From Gekko japonicus (taxonomy: Eukaryota), in contig NW_015169181.1 in NCBI RefSeq assembly GCF_001447785.1, positions 989,643 through 1,053,642 on the forward strand: a DNA stretch of 64,000 nt, written 5' to 3'. Below, one piece after another: positions 35,401 to 46,256 of this stretch (position 1 is its first letter; each line of letters begins with the position of its first letter). The translations under genes and the position numbers were made by a program. Below the pieces are notes generated by a model. The model was not told where the DNA came from, did not search any database, and saw only the letters and a program-made list of their open reading frames with translations.

Positions 35401-38400
35401 TGGAGCCATCCTTCCTGAGCTGAGACCAAAATGTGTGAGCCGGAGGCTAAAAAACTGTGAGCTAGTTCACACTAACTCAGCTTAGAGGGAACACTGGTAG
35501 GCACCCCCCATAAAAACAAACAAACAAACAAACAAAAGTTGGTCCTTTTCAAAACTGGCTTGTTAACCCCGGCCTCCTTTCCTTTCCGTCTTAAGTTACA
35601 CCTTCCACAGTCTGAAGCACTGCGTGAGCGCCGGAGAGCCCATGAACCCTGAAGTAATGGAGGACTGGAAAAGAGAAACCGGCTTAGATATCTACGAAGG
35701 CTACGGGCAGACAGAAACGGTAGGCAGAGTGCATTAGAAGCCAAAAGAACAGGCTGTGTCTGTGGGAAGACTCTTACAACTGTCGTTCATCTTCACTGAT
35801 TCAGACTTGGTGCTGAGAGGAGACTGTTTCCCACCTCCCTCTTTCCCAAGGAGACCCCCGGGGCCTCGGGAACGCAGGGATCGAGCCCTCTGAACAAAAT
35901 GCCACTGTGGGGAATTAGTTAAAATGGGCCCTCTTTGCTCCACCTCTGAGTTTTAAGAGGTTCCCTTGGCAGAAAGAGAAGCAAGGATGATTTCATTCAG
36001 TCCTCCTTCCTTGCAGTATTTTGTTCAGAAGGTGAACCCTCCATCAGCTTTTTGGGAATGTTAGAGGCCTTCTGGGTGGGGGGGGGAGGAGAGAGAGAGA
36101 GAGAGAGAGAGCATGGTGAAGGCCTTCTTGTGGTTCTGTAGACCTCTGCCTGTTGTGGTGCTCACATTTACCTCTCTCCCTTTATCATTATGAAACAGGT
36201 GTTGGTCTGTGGAACTTTCAAGGGGATGAAAATTAAGCCCGGCTCTATGGGGAAGCCCTCTCCTGCATACGACNNNNNNNNNNNNNNNNNNNNNNNNNNN
36301 NNNNNNNNNNNNNGGGGGAGTGGTTTATCGGTCACAGCATGATCTCTTCTGCAAAACAGAGGTGATGTCACAGTGCAAAGTGGTGAGGAAACCGGAGTGA
36401 GAGAGTGGTCGGGAGCCGCTCCAGGGCCATCTGGATTCTGGTCTTCACTCAGTCGTGATGTCTACTGGGTGACCACTGGGTTAGTCACTGTCGTGAGGAC
36501 AAAAAGGGGTGGTGCTGGTGAATTATATAGGACATCCTGAAGTCCAGGCAGAATAAGAGAAGAGACTGGATTTATACCCTGCCCTTCACTACCCGAAGGA
36601 GTCTCAGAGTGGCTTACAATCCCTTTCCCTCCCCTCCCCACAGCAGACACCCTGTGAGGTAGGTGGGGCTGAGAGAGCTCTCTCGAGAACTGCCCTTGAG
36701 AGAACAGCTCTGAAAGAACTTGTGACTGACCCAAGGTCACACCAGCAGCTGCATGCGGAGGAGTGGGGGATCAAATCTGGGTCTCCCAGGTTAGAGTCCA
36801 TGCTCTTAACCACTGCACCAAACTGGCTCTCTAAAAAGGTGACATCCTGACATTCCAACTTTGGACACGCATTTATGACCAACAAAATATTGTACTGGTA
36901 TTTACTCCATCTGTCTATCCTGCCTTTCATCCCAAAACAGCTTACAATCTTTCTCCTCTCATCTGTGCTATTTTCATGCAACCGCTCTGGAGGGAAGGTC
37001 AGGCTGAATGGGTGTGACTGGCCTGAGGTCACCCAGCAAGCTTCATGGCAGAGTGGGGATTTGAACCCAGGTCTCCCAGAGGCTAGTGTGACACTCCAAC
37101 TGCTCCACCACAGTGACTATTGCCGCTGTTGCTTGCTGTCCAGTGCAAGCCTAAGTCAATGGAATCTACTTAGGACAGCACTCGGAGCCTGTTTTTAGAA
37201 AGCTCAGCATCTCTGGACCCATCGCTCAGACCCAGAAACGGAGAGACGGAACACAGGAGTCCTTGTGGGGCCGGCTAGGATTAAACAGCTACAGAGTTCT
37301 GAAAGTGTTGGGGCTTCCTATCCCCTTTGAGCAGGGAACACATGGCACATGCGGGTCCCAATCCAGTCGTCCTCAGTCTTGTTGCAGTGGCACAAGTGTC
37401 ACAGAGCTTAAGTGTGACCGATGCCAGCGAGACTGGGGTCTAGTCTGCTCAGACTCAGAAACAGAGAAGTGGAACACAGGAGTCCTTGTGGGGCTGGCTA
37501 GGATTAAACAACTACAGAGTTCTGAAAGTGTTGGGGCTTCCTGTCCCCTTTGAGCAAGGAACACATGGCACATATGGGTCCCAAACCAGTCGTCCTCAGT
37601 CTTGTTGCAGTGGCACAAGTGTCACAGAGCTTAAGTGTGACCGATGCCAGCGAGACTGGGGTCTAGTCTGGCTGACACACCTTATTTGCTCAGCAGTCAG
37701 CTCATTCTCATCTGCACAGTGTGAGATTTTCCCCACCGATGGCATCGGCTCCAGCCGTGCACCCCCTACAAGGAACAGCCCTCTCTGTCAGTGAGGTGTT
37801 GAGCCGTCCGGACTGAACCAATTCAGGTGGCAGGTAGGGGGTCCCCCCCCACGTGGGAATGTTCTTCCATACACAGCAATTCCTTACATGTTAAAAAAAA
37901 AACCCTAAGCAGTCAAGGAGATGGGTTCTGCCTTCTGGGGAGGGACTATTTTTCTTGGGAGAGCACTGGATCACACGAGCCCCCTCTTGTATACTGGAAG
38001 ACCAAGCAGGTGCTCCCAGATTAATTGGACAGTGGATGGGTTAATATTAAGAAAAAATTAAAATATCCCACAGATGGCATTCTATGGCAGGGGCCTCCGA
38101 TCTTTGTGAGCCTCGGGGGCACCTTCGGAATTCTGATGCCAGGCAGTGGGCACAATCGCAAGTTGGCCGCCACAGGGAGCCAACCCCAAAATGTCCAGGA
38201 GTGGGGTGAAGCATGACTCTTAAGAGTAACTCTTCAACATTTCAGGCAGACGCTTTATCCAACGGGGTGCCTGTCAGTCTGCAGAGCCAATCAGGAGCCT
38301 TGCTGGGCAAAAGCCCTACCCAGCCCCACCTACTTTCTAAAAAGCACTTAGCGGGCAACACGGTGGGGACTCCCGCCCTATGGCATGAGAAAGAAAATCC

Positions 38401-41400
38401 ACTCCCCCTTCCTAAAACAGCACAGTGAAAAAATTCCTTCCTGAAGCTAAGCAGGTCCTGATCCAACCAGTGCCCCAATGAGAGACCACCTAGGACCCCT
38501 ATGCATAAGAACATAAGGGAAGCCAACGTTGGATCAGGCCAATGGCCCGTCCAGTCCAACACTCTGTGTCACACAGTGGCCAAAAATACCAGGGGCCATC
38601 AGGAGGTCCACCAGCGGGGCCACGACACTAGAAGCCCTCCCACTCTTGCCCCCCCCCCGCACCTAGAATACAGAGCATCCCTTGCCCCAGACCGAGAGTT
38701 CCTATCTATCCCTTGTGGCTAATAGACACTGATGGACCTCTGCTCCATATGTTTATTCAATTCCCTCTTGAAGCTGTCCATGCTTGTTGCCGCCGCCACC
38801 TCCTGTGGCAGTGAATTCCATGTGTTAATCACTCTTTGGGTGAAGAAGTACTTCCTTTTGTCCGTTCTAACCCGACTGCTCAGCCATTTCATTGAGTGCC
38901 CACAAGTTCTTGTATTGGGAGAAAAGTACTTCTTTCTCTACCTGATCTATCCTATGCATAATCTCATAAACCTCGATCATGTCACCCCTCAGCCGTCGTT
39001 TCTCCAAGCTAAAGAGCCCCAAGCACTTTAACCTGTCATCATAGGGAAAGTGTTCCAACCCTTTTATCATTCTAGTTGCCCTTTGATGCACTTTTTCCAG
39101 TGCTATAATATAATATGCATGCCACGTGGCATTTCACAATGGACAAAAGGCAGGAGAAAATGTAATATGATGAAATCTCTTTTTTCTGACTGCTTCCATG
39201 TGCGAACAAATACCTATTTAACCAGTCAAATACTATCACCTGAGATATCTTTAACTGGGCTACAGTCCTCCAGTTTGCATTCTTGCAGCGCCCTTCACAC
39301 TGTTTTGAACGATATAGGGATGATTTGACAAGCCAATGTTAATGCTGAAATCATACTTTTACAATACGCCGACTTGTGAATGAGATCTGTACCCACCCCT
39401 TTCCATTGCAAAGGCTAATCCCAGCAAACTGACGCATTTGACAAATAACTGTTAATACCCCAGGAGGATCCCGAGAAGACAGCCTCAACCATACGTGGAA
39501 GCTACTACGTCACTGGAGACAGGGGGATCAGAGACGAAGAAGGCTACTTCTGGTTCGTGGGAAGAGCTGACGATGTCATCAACTCAGCTGGGTAACATCA
39601 CTGGAGGAAACTGTTCAGCGCTATGGCTTCTATGTGGCATATTTCCCACCGACAATTTGTAGCCAGGTAACTCAGAGCCTCTTCTTCCTTCTCCAGGTAC
39701 CGCATTGGGCCATTTGAAGTGGAAAGTGCCTTGATAGAGCATCCGGCCGTCGTAGAATCTGCTGTTGTCAGCAGCCCAGATTCCCTCAGAGGAGAGGTAA
39801 AGGGTTACAGCACTGAATATTTTTTAAAGAAGAGACCTGCAGGCAAGGAGTTGGCTGGACATTCTGAATGCTGGGTGATCAGATTCCCTCTTCAATAACT
39901 ATCCCACTTTTCTGCCCATCACGGAACAGAGGGAGGTTACGTGGGCGGGGTGGTGGTGGTTTCCTCCTACTGGCTTAGTTGTAGAAAGGTGGTAGCATTT
40001 GTCTTCCAGCCTTAGCTCCTCTTAGATGAAGTTTTCCTTACCGCCCCCAACTGCCCTTTCTCTTCCCTCACAGAAGCTGCACTGATTGTCAACGTTCCAT
40101 GACTACACACTGGAGCACACATTGTCTTTGCCACAGGAATGGCACTGTAAAAGGTCTCCCCTCTAACGTGTAGAATGGATTGCTGGCCTTCCTGCTTAGT
40201 TTCTGTGTGCCTGTTCCACAAACCTGGCCACCAGATAACAGAGAACCATGACATGGTGGATGCAATCAACCAGCCATGCAGTTCTACATATTAGTCAGAG
40301 TGAGGCTCACTCAAGAAAAGGAGGGTGCTCTCGGCAACGACCTCCAGAGAATGCACTGACCTTTAGTTCTTGGAAGGGAGGGTACCTGTGAATGCTGCCT
40401 CTCAGCCCAGCAGCAGCTCACCCAACAAACTGTAACTGGATATGCAGGCAGGAAACTAAAGAGGACGCAGCGGCCTGCCTTATCTCAAATTGTCTGGCTT
40501 TCTGAAGGAGGGCTGGACTGAAAAGGGAAACAGAAAGACAGAGAGGCCCCCAATGGTTGCACATTGCTCTCTTTCCTTAGAAAGCACATGCAGGCCCCAA
40601 GCCATGCAGATCACAGACGGCTTACCCTGGCTTGAGGTTTTCATTCTGGAACATGCAAACCATATTCCATCCTTCCCCCAAGTCCAAGTCACTTAAACTG
40701 TGCAAGCCTAGGCCTAACTTGGTTTAGTCTTTGTGGTGGGCTTAAGTACAATGAAATGGCTCGAGACATGCATAGCTGTCAGTGTCCTTCAGCTGCCTCT
40801 GTATACACAGGTTGTTAAACAATGCAGAAGTTCCTGCCGTGGGGGCTCCAGAAGCTGCTGGCAACTTTGTCATTGGGCTCAACGCAAGGGAAGGTCACCC
40901 CCCCCCCCCTGTCAGATGGCTTCTGTTAACCTTCGCAAACTTAAAATTTATCCTCAACATTTTGTTCCTGAAGGTTGTGAAGGCCTTTGTTGTTTTGGCC
41001 CCTGATTACGTCTCGCACGATCCCGAAGTGCTAGCCAAGGAGCTCCAGGATCACGTCAAAAAGGCCACTGCCCCGTACAAGTATCCGAGAAGGGTAAGTC
41101 AGAACCTGTTACCTTCCTGCCCATCAGTTTATTATTAGATGCTGAGACTCTTATGGAGTTTCCAGGTGTTCACCTTCCCCAAGGACAAGCAGCTATAATC
41201 CCCCCACCCCCCCAAAAAAAAAAACTATTTGGATGCACGCGGTCTTATGACTTGCAACCAAATAAGAAAGTTGCTCTGCTGGGCCAAGCCAAGGTCCCAT
41301 CTAGTCCAGTGCTGTGTCCAAGAGGAGACAGTCAGCTAACTCTGGATGACATCTGAAAATCACTGCCCCCACATTTTACAGTCCTTAGCGGCGTTGTTTG

Positions 41401-42634
41401 AAGAGGCAATTTTGCTCACCTTTCCATACAAATCAGCTTGCATCAAGAAACAGCCTCCTGAATTTGACTCTAACATGTGAAATATCAAATGAAATATACT
41501 TCTAAAGGAGATGAAGTGAACATTTTAGAAAGCAAATGGTTTTGGGAACATTTTAGTAGATTGATGGGCTTCCTTTCTCTGGCTTTGGTCTCCTTGTCAC
41601 AATTTATACCCTTCTGAGGCTACTGGGATGATTATCTGCATTTATTACATCTGTTGCAGCCAAATAACAACAGATTACTATTGTTAACCCTTTGGAGTTA
41701 CATCTTGTGATGACCCCTTAACTGGGGAGGTCTGGTTTTACTTTAAAAGTGTTCTTTATATTTTATTCTACTGGGTATTCCGGCTGCCACCAGGAAATTT
41801 TAAAAGGATTTCCAAACCTTTAGGCTTTCTCTATTTCTGGGTAGGTATGTCGAGGGTTTAAGGCGTTCGAGGTACTATGTGGTCCTGGGAAGTATTTCTT
41901 TCAGAGTGGGTATATTTGAATAAAAGAGGATTTATTGAAGTAATTCACAAATAAAATATTAACTCATTGTAACCAGGAAGGCTTAAATACTGAACAAATG
42001 CTTGGTGTATCACACACTTTTCTCTCTTACTGACAGGGATCTGGGCATGTAACTTTGTAACCCTTTTCCCTTCAGGCCATATACGGTTACTGTTTCTTTA
42101 TACTTCAACTTTTCATAACACACAAGACTGTCTCTCCTTCAGACTTCAGAATGAAGTTAACTTATCAACTGTCTTATTCAACTCTAAGACATAGAACTCA
42201 ACAACCCACACAGGGAAGCTTCCCCTTCTCTCTCATACATAGCTTAACTGCCCTTTTTCTGACTTCATCAACTGTCATCCCTAACTGACCCTCTTGATAG
42301 ACATTCAAATCCTCCACACAGCATCCATTCCAAAACCCCTCCCCCTCTCTGTCACTCACCAATCATATCACTTGCCTGATTCCAGCACTCTAGATTATCA
42401 TCACAGCCATGCAAACCAAACTTTTAAAGCCACACACACACAGTTAAACATGAAATCATTACACATCTGTTCTGTGTATTTGCTGTACTTCAATCATGTT
42501 TGGTCCTCTAGTCTCACACTGGTTGTAATTCTCACTCTTACCCACAGATGGAGTTTGTGCCACATTTACCAAAGACCATCAGCGGGAAGATCAGAAGAAA
42601 CGAATTGCGCAAGAAGGAGTGGGGGGAAGCGTAG
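23264..42634 (+). CDS. ACSM3: Mitochondrial medium-chain acyl-CoA synthetase ACSM3; 12 visible coding exons, one expected ~102-nt exon not seen
   Basis: AMP-binding motifs [49 protein letters not shown] and [12 protein letters not shown]-terminal [20 protein letters not shown]. Position between THUMPD1 and ERI2 matches human synteny. Confidence 0.92.
24251..24461 (+). CDS. ACSM3: ACSM3 coding exon 2
   Basis: [13 protein letters not shown]...[17 protein letters not shown]; 211 nt. Confidence 0.93.
24650..24842. mobile_element. Penelope-derived palindromic element with hammerhead-ribozyme core
   Basis: Inverted arms; minus strand CTGAAGA-agtgtgtgcctgcacac-GAAA at 24733-24706. Confidence 0.7.
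25008..25350 (-). mobile_element. Sauria SINE
   Basis: Near-identical to 22407-22752. Confidence 0.88.
25466..25673 (+). CDS. ACSM3: ACSM3 coding exon 3
   Basis: [30 protein letters not shown]...GWLSFCDLL; 208 nt. Confidence 0.93.
26679..26822 (+). CDS. ACSM3: ACSM3 coding exon 4
   Basis: [21 protein letters not shown] (P-loop); 144 nt. Confidence 0.94.
27410..30020 (+). mobile_element. Gypsy (Tf1/sushi chromovirus-like) pol: RT, RNase H, integrase; frameshifted
   Basis: [68 protein letters not shown]...W..M...[31 protein letters not shown]. Confidence 0.95.
30021..30550 (-). mobile_element. Putative gag N-terminus of a Gypsy element, inverted relative to pol
   Basis: ATG 30550 lies ~50 nt downstream of an LTR/PBS; [12 protein letters not shown]... 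ends in a coiled coil ([18 protein letters not shown]). Confidence 0.6.
30599..31349 (-). mobile_element. LTR of the Gypsy element (far boundary uncertain: 30812 or 31349)
   Basis: TGTC at 30599 and GACA at 31346-31349; minus-strand TATAT 30728-30724 and AATACA 30656-30651. Confidence 0.55.
31668..31882. mobile_element. Penelope-derived palindromic element
   Basis: CAGCAGAACAAG..TTGAGTCCAGTGGCA / GCCACTGGACTCAAACTTTGTTCTGCTG inverted arms. Confidence 0.7.
31932..32088 (+). CDS. ACSM3: ACSM3 coding exon 5
   Basis: [31 protein letters not shown]; 157 nt. Confidence 0.94.
32423..34300 (+). mobile_element. 5S-derived SINE split by the R2 fragment (head 32423-32563, tail ~34266-34300)
   Basis: Head GCTGATCTCG..CAGATCTTGGAAGCTAAG...GGATGGGAGACCACCAAGGAAGT...GCCTTGAAAACCT; tail AAGTTGGCTGGGACT matches the 19245-19260 copy. 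Confidence 0.65.
32564..34265 (+). mobile_element. R2-clade non-LTR retrotransposon fragment (RT 3' half + CCHC + restriction-like endonuclease), decayed, with inverted 3' segment
   Basis: [35 protein letters not shown]....[50 protein letters not shown]......[15 protein letters not shown]. Confidence 0.9.
34437..34501 (+). CDS. ACSM3: ACSM3 coding exon 6 (3' end lost in N gap)
   Basis: [21 protein letters not shown] then Ns. Confidence 0.9.
35307..35496. mobile_element. hAT MITE
   Basis: TIRs CAATGTTCCCTCTAAGCTG / CAGCTTAGAGGGAACACTG; perfect 8-bp TSD GTAGGCAC. Confidence 0.9.
35596..35719 (+). CDS. ACSM3: ACSM3 coding exon 7
   Basis: [20 protein letters not shown]...[10 protein letters not shown]; 124 nt; donor GTAGG. 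Confidence 0.94.
36199..36273 (+). CDS. ACSM3: ACSM3 coding exon 8 (3' end lost in N gap)
   Basis: [25 protein letters not shown] then Ns. Confidence 0.9.
36555..36830 (-). mobile_element. Squam3-like tRNA-derived SINE
   Basis: Homologous to 19400-19668. Confidence 0.75.
37224..37669. repeat. Direct tandem duplication, 2 x 223 bp
   Basis: Units start at 37224 and 37447; highly similar. Confidence 0.9.
38503..39110 (-). mobile_element. CR1 LINE 3' fragment
   Basis: [36 protein letters not shown]; CATAAGAACATAAG tail. Confidence 0.9.
39464..39591 (+). CDS. ACSM3: ACSM3 coding exon 10
   Basis: [21 protein letters not shown]...[14 protein letters not shown]; 128 nt. Confidence 0.93.
39697..39796 (+). 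CDS. ACSM3: ACSM3 coding exon 11
   Basis: [33 protein letters not shown]; 100 nt. Confidence 0.95.
40974..41093 (+). CDS. ACSM3: ACSM3 coding exon 12
   Basis: [12 protein letters not shown]...[18 protein letters not shown]; 120 nt. Confidence 0.95.
41706..42463. mobile_element. Solo LTR (758 bp)
   Basis: Termini TGTGATGA...TCATTACA; 5-bp TSD CATCT on both sides; related inverted partial copy at ~62075-62390. Confidence 0.8.
42548..42634 (+). CDS. ACSM3: ACSM3 last coding exon
   Basis: [28 protein letters not shown]; TAG at 42632-42634. Confidence 0.94.
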   Translation: MEFVPHLPKTISGKIRRNELRKKEWGEA

Positions 42635-44966
42635 AAGCCTGCGTTTGCTTCCAAGAGTTTGTTCCGAGAACACAAAGTTTTATATTGTTTCCTTGTGTGT
42701 TGGCACCTGATGCAAGACTCGCAAGTCCACTCCCCTCGGCAGAGCTCAGGGGATTACAAGAAAGTACAGGGTCAGACCTTTGGGTGAGGATGAGCAGTTG
42801 AGCCGCCTCCCCCAGCTTCGCAAGAAGTCCTAAGAGATCCTGTCACGTTAACCAATGTCAAGTTTCACTCTGCTTCCAGATGTTCAGTTGCGTAAGGAGA
42901 ACATTGCATGATCCCCTCAAAAGCCACAAACAAGATTTGCTTCCAAAGCTAAAGAGCACCATGGATCTGCCGGGGGCCTTGGGGATGGCGGCCAAGGCCA
43001 GACATGCGATCAAACGCCGAATATTGCTCCTCCCTTCTGCCCTGGGCAAGGTAATGGCAGAGCGACAAACTATCCCCCACAGGGCATGTGCCCAGGATAG
43101 GCCATCCATTCAGACTGCTTCCAGCAGGATGATAACAATATTGGCATCAAATTCTAGCCCCCTTAAGGGTTAGAACTCCAATATGTCACACTGGTAAAAG
43201 TACAGAGCAAACTTAAACCATTTTATGCACGTTGGGTTTCAGTGGCTCTTACACTGGACTGCCTGTTCTCCCTGCATCGCTGACCCTTCTGTGTGCCTCA
43301 CAGTCTTAACCTCACCAGTTCTTACCCATGGCACGTCTCCTTGCCCATCTGAGCCCCTGTTCTACATAGGCCAGGGATGTCCAGCAGAAAAATCTGGCCG
43401 CAACCCAATTTCAGCAAAGGAGACCCCCCCACCTTCGTTTATAAGTGTGCATACAAGCTCACTGGAAAGAGGTCATTCCCACCCCCCGCCCCCCAAGTGA
43501 GAGAATACTTGTACAGCATTGATACTAGTGCTTTCCCCTGATGGCTTCAGTGGAGGACTAGTACCAAAGCCACAAAAATAGGAGGGGCCATTTTGAGCAC
43601 ATGAGGCACAACCCAACCAAAATTAAAGCCCCGCTGATTTCAGCGGGGGAGTTCAGTACACAGGTTTCCCACTGTAATCCATGGAACCTGAATCTGTTTT
43701 CTGTTGGCTGAAATGTGGTCTTAATATCAGTCAGAGGTTTATGAGGGTGCCTAATTATCTCGCCCTACCCCCCAACCCCATTCAATTACAGTTCTAGAAT
43801 TACATATTCCACAGATGGAATATGAATGATGACAACTATGCCCAAGTACCGTGTAAGTTAAAACTGCGAGTTCAGAAGCTACTGGAACTACAAAAGAAGC
43901 TGAAACGTTCATAGCAAAATAATTTTTATTTCATTTGTGAGCCTTAATTCATGCAGATTATGTAAAATGATCTAACTAAAAACCTCCAGTTTCAAGCTTT
44001 CAAGAAGGAATCCACACTGCCTCTTGGTTTGAAAAACACTCTAAGACACAAAACCAGATGCCACTCTTCATGCCTTTCACAGTGAGGGATGTTGGCCGTC
44101 AAGCATGGAAGGCAGCCCAGGCACATGATTCCATAAGCTGAGCAACTGTTCCTAAGCTGAAGTGCTGAAGCCTGTTTTTCCCTTGGCATCCCAGAAACAA
44201 ACCACGTAGCACGGCGAGCATTCGTTCCCTTTAAATAAGCAGCCCAAGCTCTCCCTCCCCAGCTGTTGAAATGTCCTGGCATTTGCATGTCAGTTTAGAA
44301 AATACAAGTAGTGGGATCCTCAAGTTTAATGGCAAGCTGGTGCCGCCCCTGGGCTTTTCGAGGCCTCGCTACAAGCCTTGGATGCCACAGCTTTGAGCTC
44401 AGCTGATGCAGAGAGAACATCCCAGAGACCACAAGGTTATTGGGTTTCCTTTGGAGTTTGTTGCTTTGTTGAAAACCCCCCCAAAAAACTAAGGATCCGT
44501 TTGTAAAGCACCATGCTTTTAATTCATTCCATTAATAAAGGACTAAAAAAGATGTTAAAGCCGTGATAGTTGCATTATACATAACTTCCAAAGGCAGGAG
44601 GAGGACAAAAGCCCTTTGGTACTGTTCTTATTTTTAAAACTCAGGATGTGTGTTATCTAGTAATGTCAGTGTAATCTGTACATTCATAAAAATGATCAAA
44701 CAGTTGTAAGCTCGGAATGTGTGGGCAAACCCAGGAACTGTCTGTCATTACGATCAGTCCTGACCACAGTGTCCAACCCCTCCAGCGTCAGGAACGGTTC
44801 AGTGTCCATCCCACTCTGGCCCATGCCTGCCCCTCTGATTCTTGAAGGTCTGCATCATCCGTGCCATGATATATTTACCAAACAAGCTGCAGGACAATGA
44901 CGTCCCAGGGAACCTCCCGACCTGGAAGTGCGCACACAGGAAGTGATGCCAATGGTGGGCGTGTCG

Positions 44967-46256
44967 TTAGGTTCGCATCGAAGGTCGGAGACCCAGGCAT
45001 TTCTTTTGAACATTTCCCAGTGAATGCAAAATCGTCCCAGGAGATGGTAGCCCTACAGGGCTGGAGGCGGGGGAAGGAAGCGTGAGTTTCTCTTGTCGCA
45101 GCGTATGCTCCCATTTGAAATAGCCACAGCCCTTTCGGCTCCCTTCCTGCTTTCCCGTCGGGCAGCTGTAGAACACTTTGCCTTGATTGGGACCGCCCTT
45201 GGATACGTGGAGCCTTCTAGCCCTCCGGCCACACTTGCATAAAGGAGGGGTCACTTTCCCTGCCTCTGCACACCTGGAAGATAATTTTTGATTGATGGAA
45301 GAGTTTAAAATGCCACAGGGCACTCGAGGTGATCCTGAACTTCTGGAAGAGTTAGCAGATGGTGCGCCTTTATCTTCGTATACGATAAAGGGGGGCTTTT
45401 TTGCTGGGGGAACGGGCTGCGGACTGGAAGGCTTCCTCTTTGGAGCTTCAGAAGCAGAGGATGCGAGGCGAGCTCCGCTCAGTGTCAGGGGACCCGCATT
45501 TGTCTTTGCTGACGGGAGTTTAAAAACAGAAGTGTTTGAAGGCTTACTTGGAGCTGTGCCTTTATGATAAATCGTAGTATTCGGGCTTTTGTACACAACA
45601 GACTTGGAGAGGTCCCCATTCAGAGTCACTTCAGCAACACTTTCATACTGCAAATTTGTCGTGTCAGACTCACTAGAATCTGATCCCTCCCCAGAGACGG
45701 GTGAACTCTTAATGTCTGAGTCGTCCTTGAACTGTGGGCATTCGGAACCCTGCTCATGTTGAGATTCTGGGATCAAGGCAAAATCCTCCCAGTCAGCCAA
45801 CATTGATAAACAATCGGAAGTGGTACCTACATCCACCTCAGAAACACTGATGGAGGAAAGCGTAGTCGAAACCAGCACCAGCCCTGCATTCTGTGTTGGG
45901 GGATTAGCCATCAGGTGCCCGTTGCTTAGTCCGCTCTGGATGCCAAAAGACGGTGGCTGAAGACAGCCAATTGGGGAGCCAAGTCTGCCTGCGAGTGCAG
46001 TTGAATAACTTTGAACACGGCTGTAGCCGCTGGGTTTTGACCCCTTCCTGGATGTAGTGGGGATGCTTCCGTACAAGAGCACAGGCTCAGACTCCTGTTG
46101 TCCTTCTCCAGTGTCACCTTTAATCACTGCAGTACCTTCACAGTCCCGGTTTTTGTCCAAATCTGATGTTTTTGCACCATCGTTGCTTCCCAAAGGACTG
46201 CCCTCAGTAGGCTTTGCGCGCAAAAATCTGGCAATAGAGTTCTTTGCTGGAGTCGC
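44967..46256 (-). CDS. ERI2: ERI2 last coding exon (low-complexity linker + GRF zinc finger)
   Basis: Acceptor ctttag at 46258-46257, in frame with the 418-aa ORF; ends LRPSMRT*. Confidence 0.93.
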   Translation of the reverse strand, partial: ATPAKNSIARFLRAKPTEGSPLGSNDGAKTSDLDKNRDCEGTAVIKGDTGEGQQESEPVLLYGSIPTTSRKGSKPSGYSRVQSYSTALAGRLGSPIGCLQPPSFGIQSGLSNGHLMANPPTQNAGLVLVSTTLSSISVSEVDVGTTSDCLSMLADWEDFALIPESQHEQGSECPQFKDDSDIKSSPVSGEGSDSSESDTTNLQYESVAEVTLNGDLSKSVVYKSPNTTIYHKGTAPSKPSNTSVFKLPSAKTNAGPLTLSGARLASSASEAPKRKPSSPQPVPPAKKPPFIVYEDKGAPSANSSRSSGSPRVPCGILNSSINQKLSSRCAEAGKVTPPLCKCGRRARRLHVSKGGPNQGKVFYSCPTGKQEGSRKGCGYFKWEHTLRQEKLTLPSPASSPVGLPSPGTILHSLGNVQKKCLGLRPSMRT

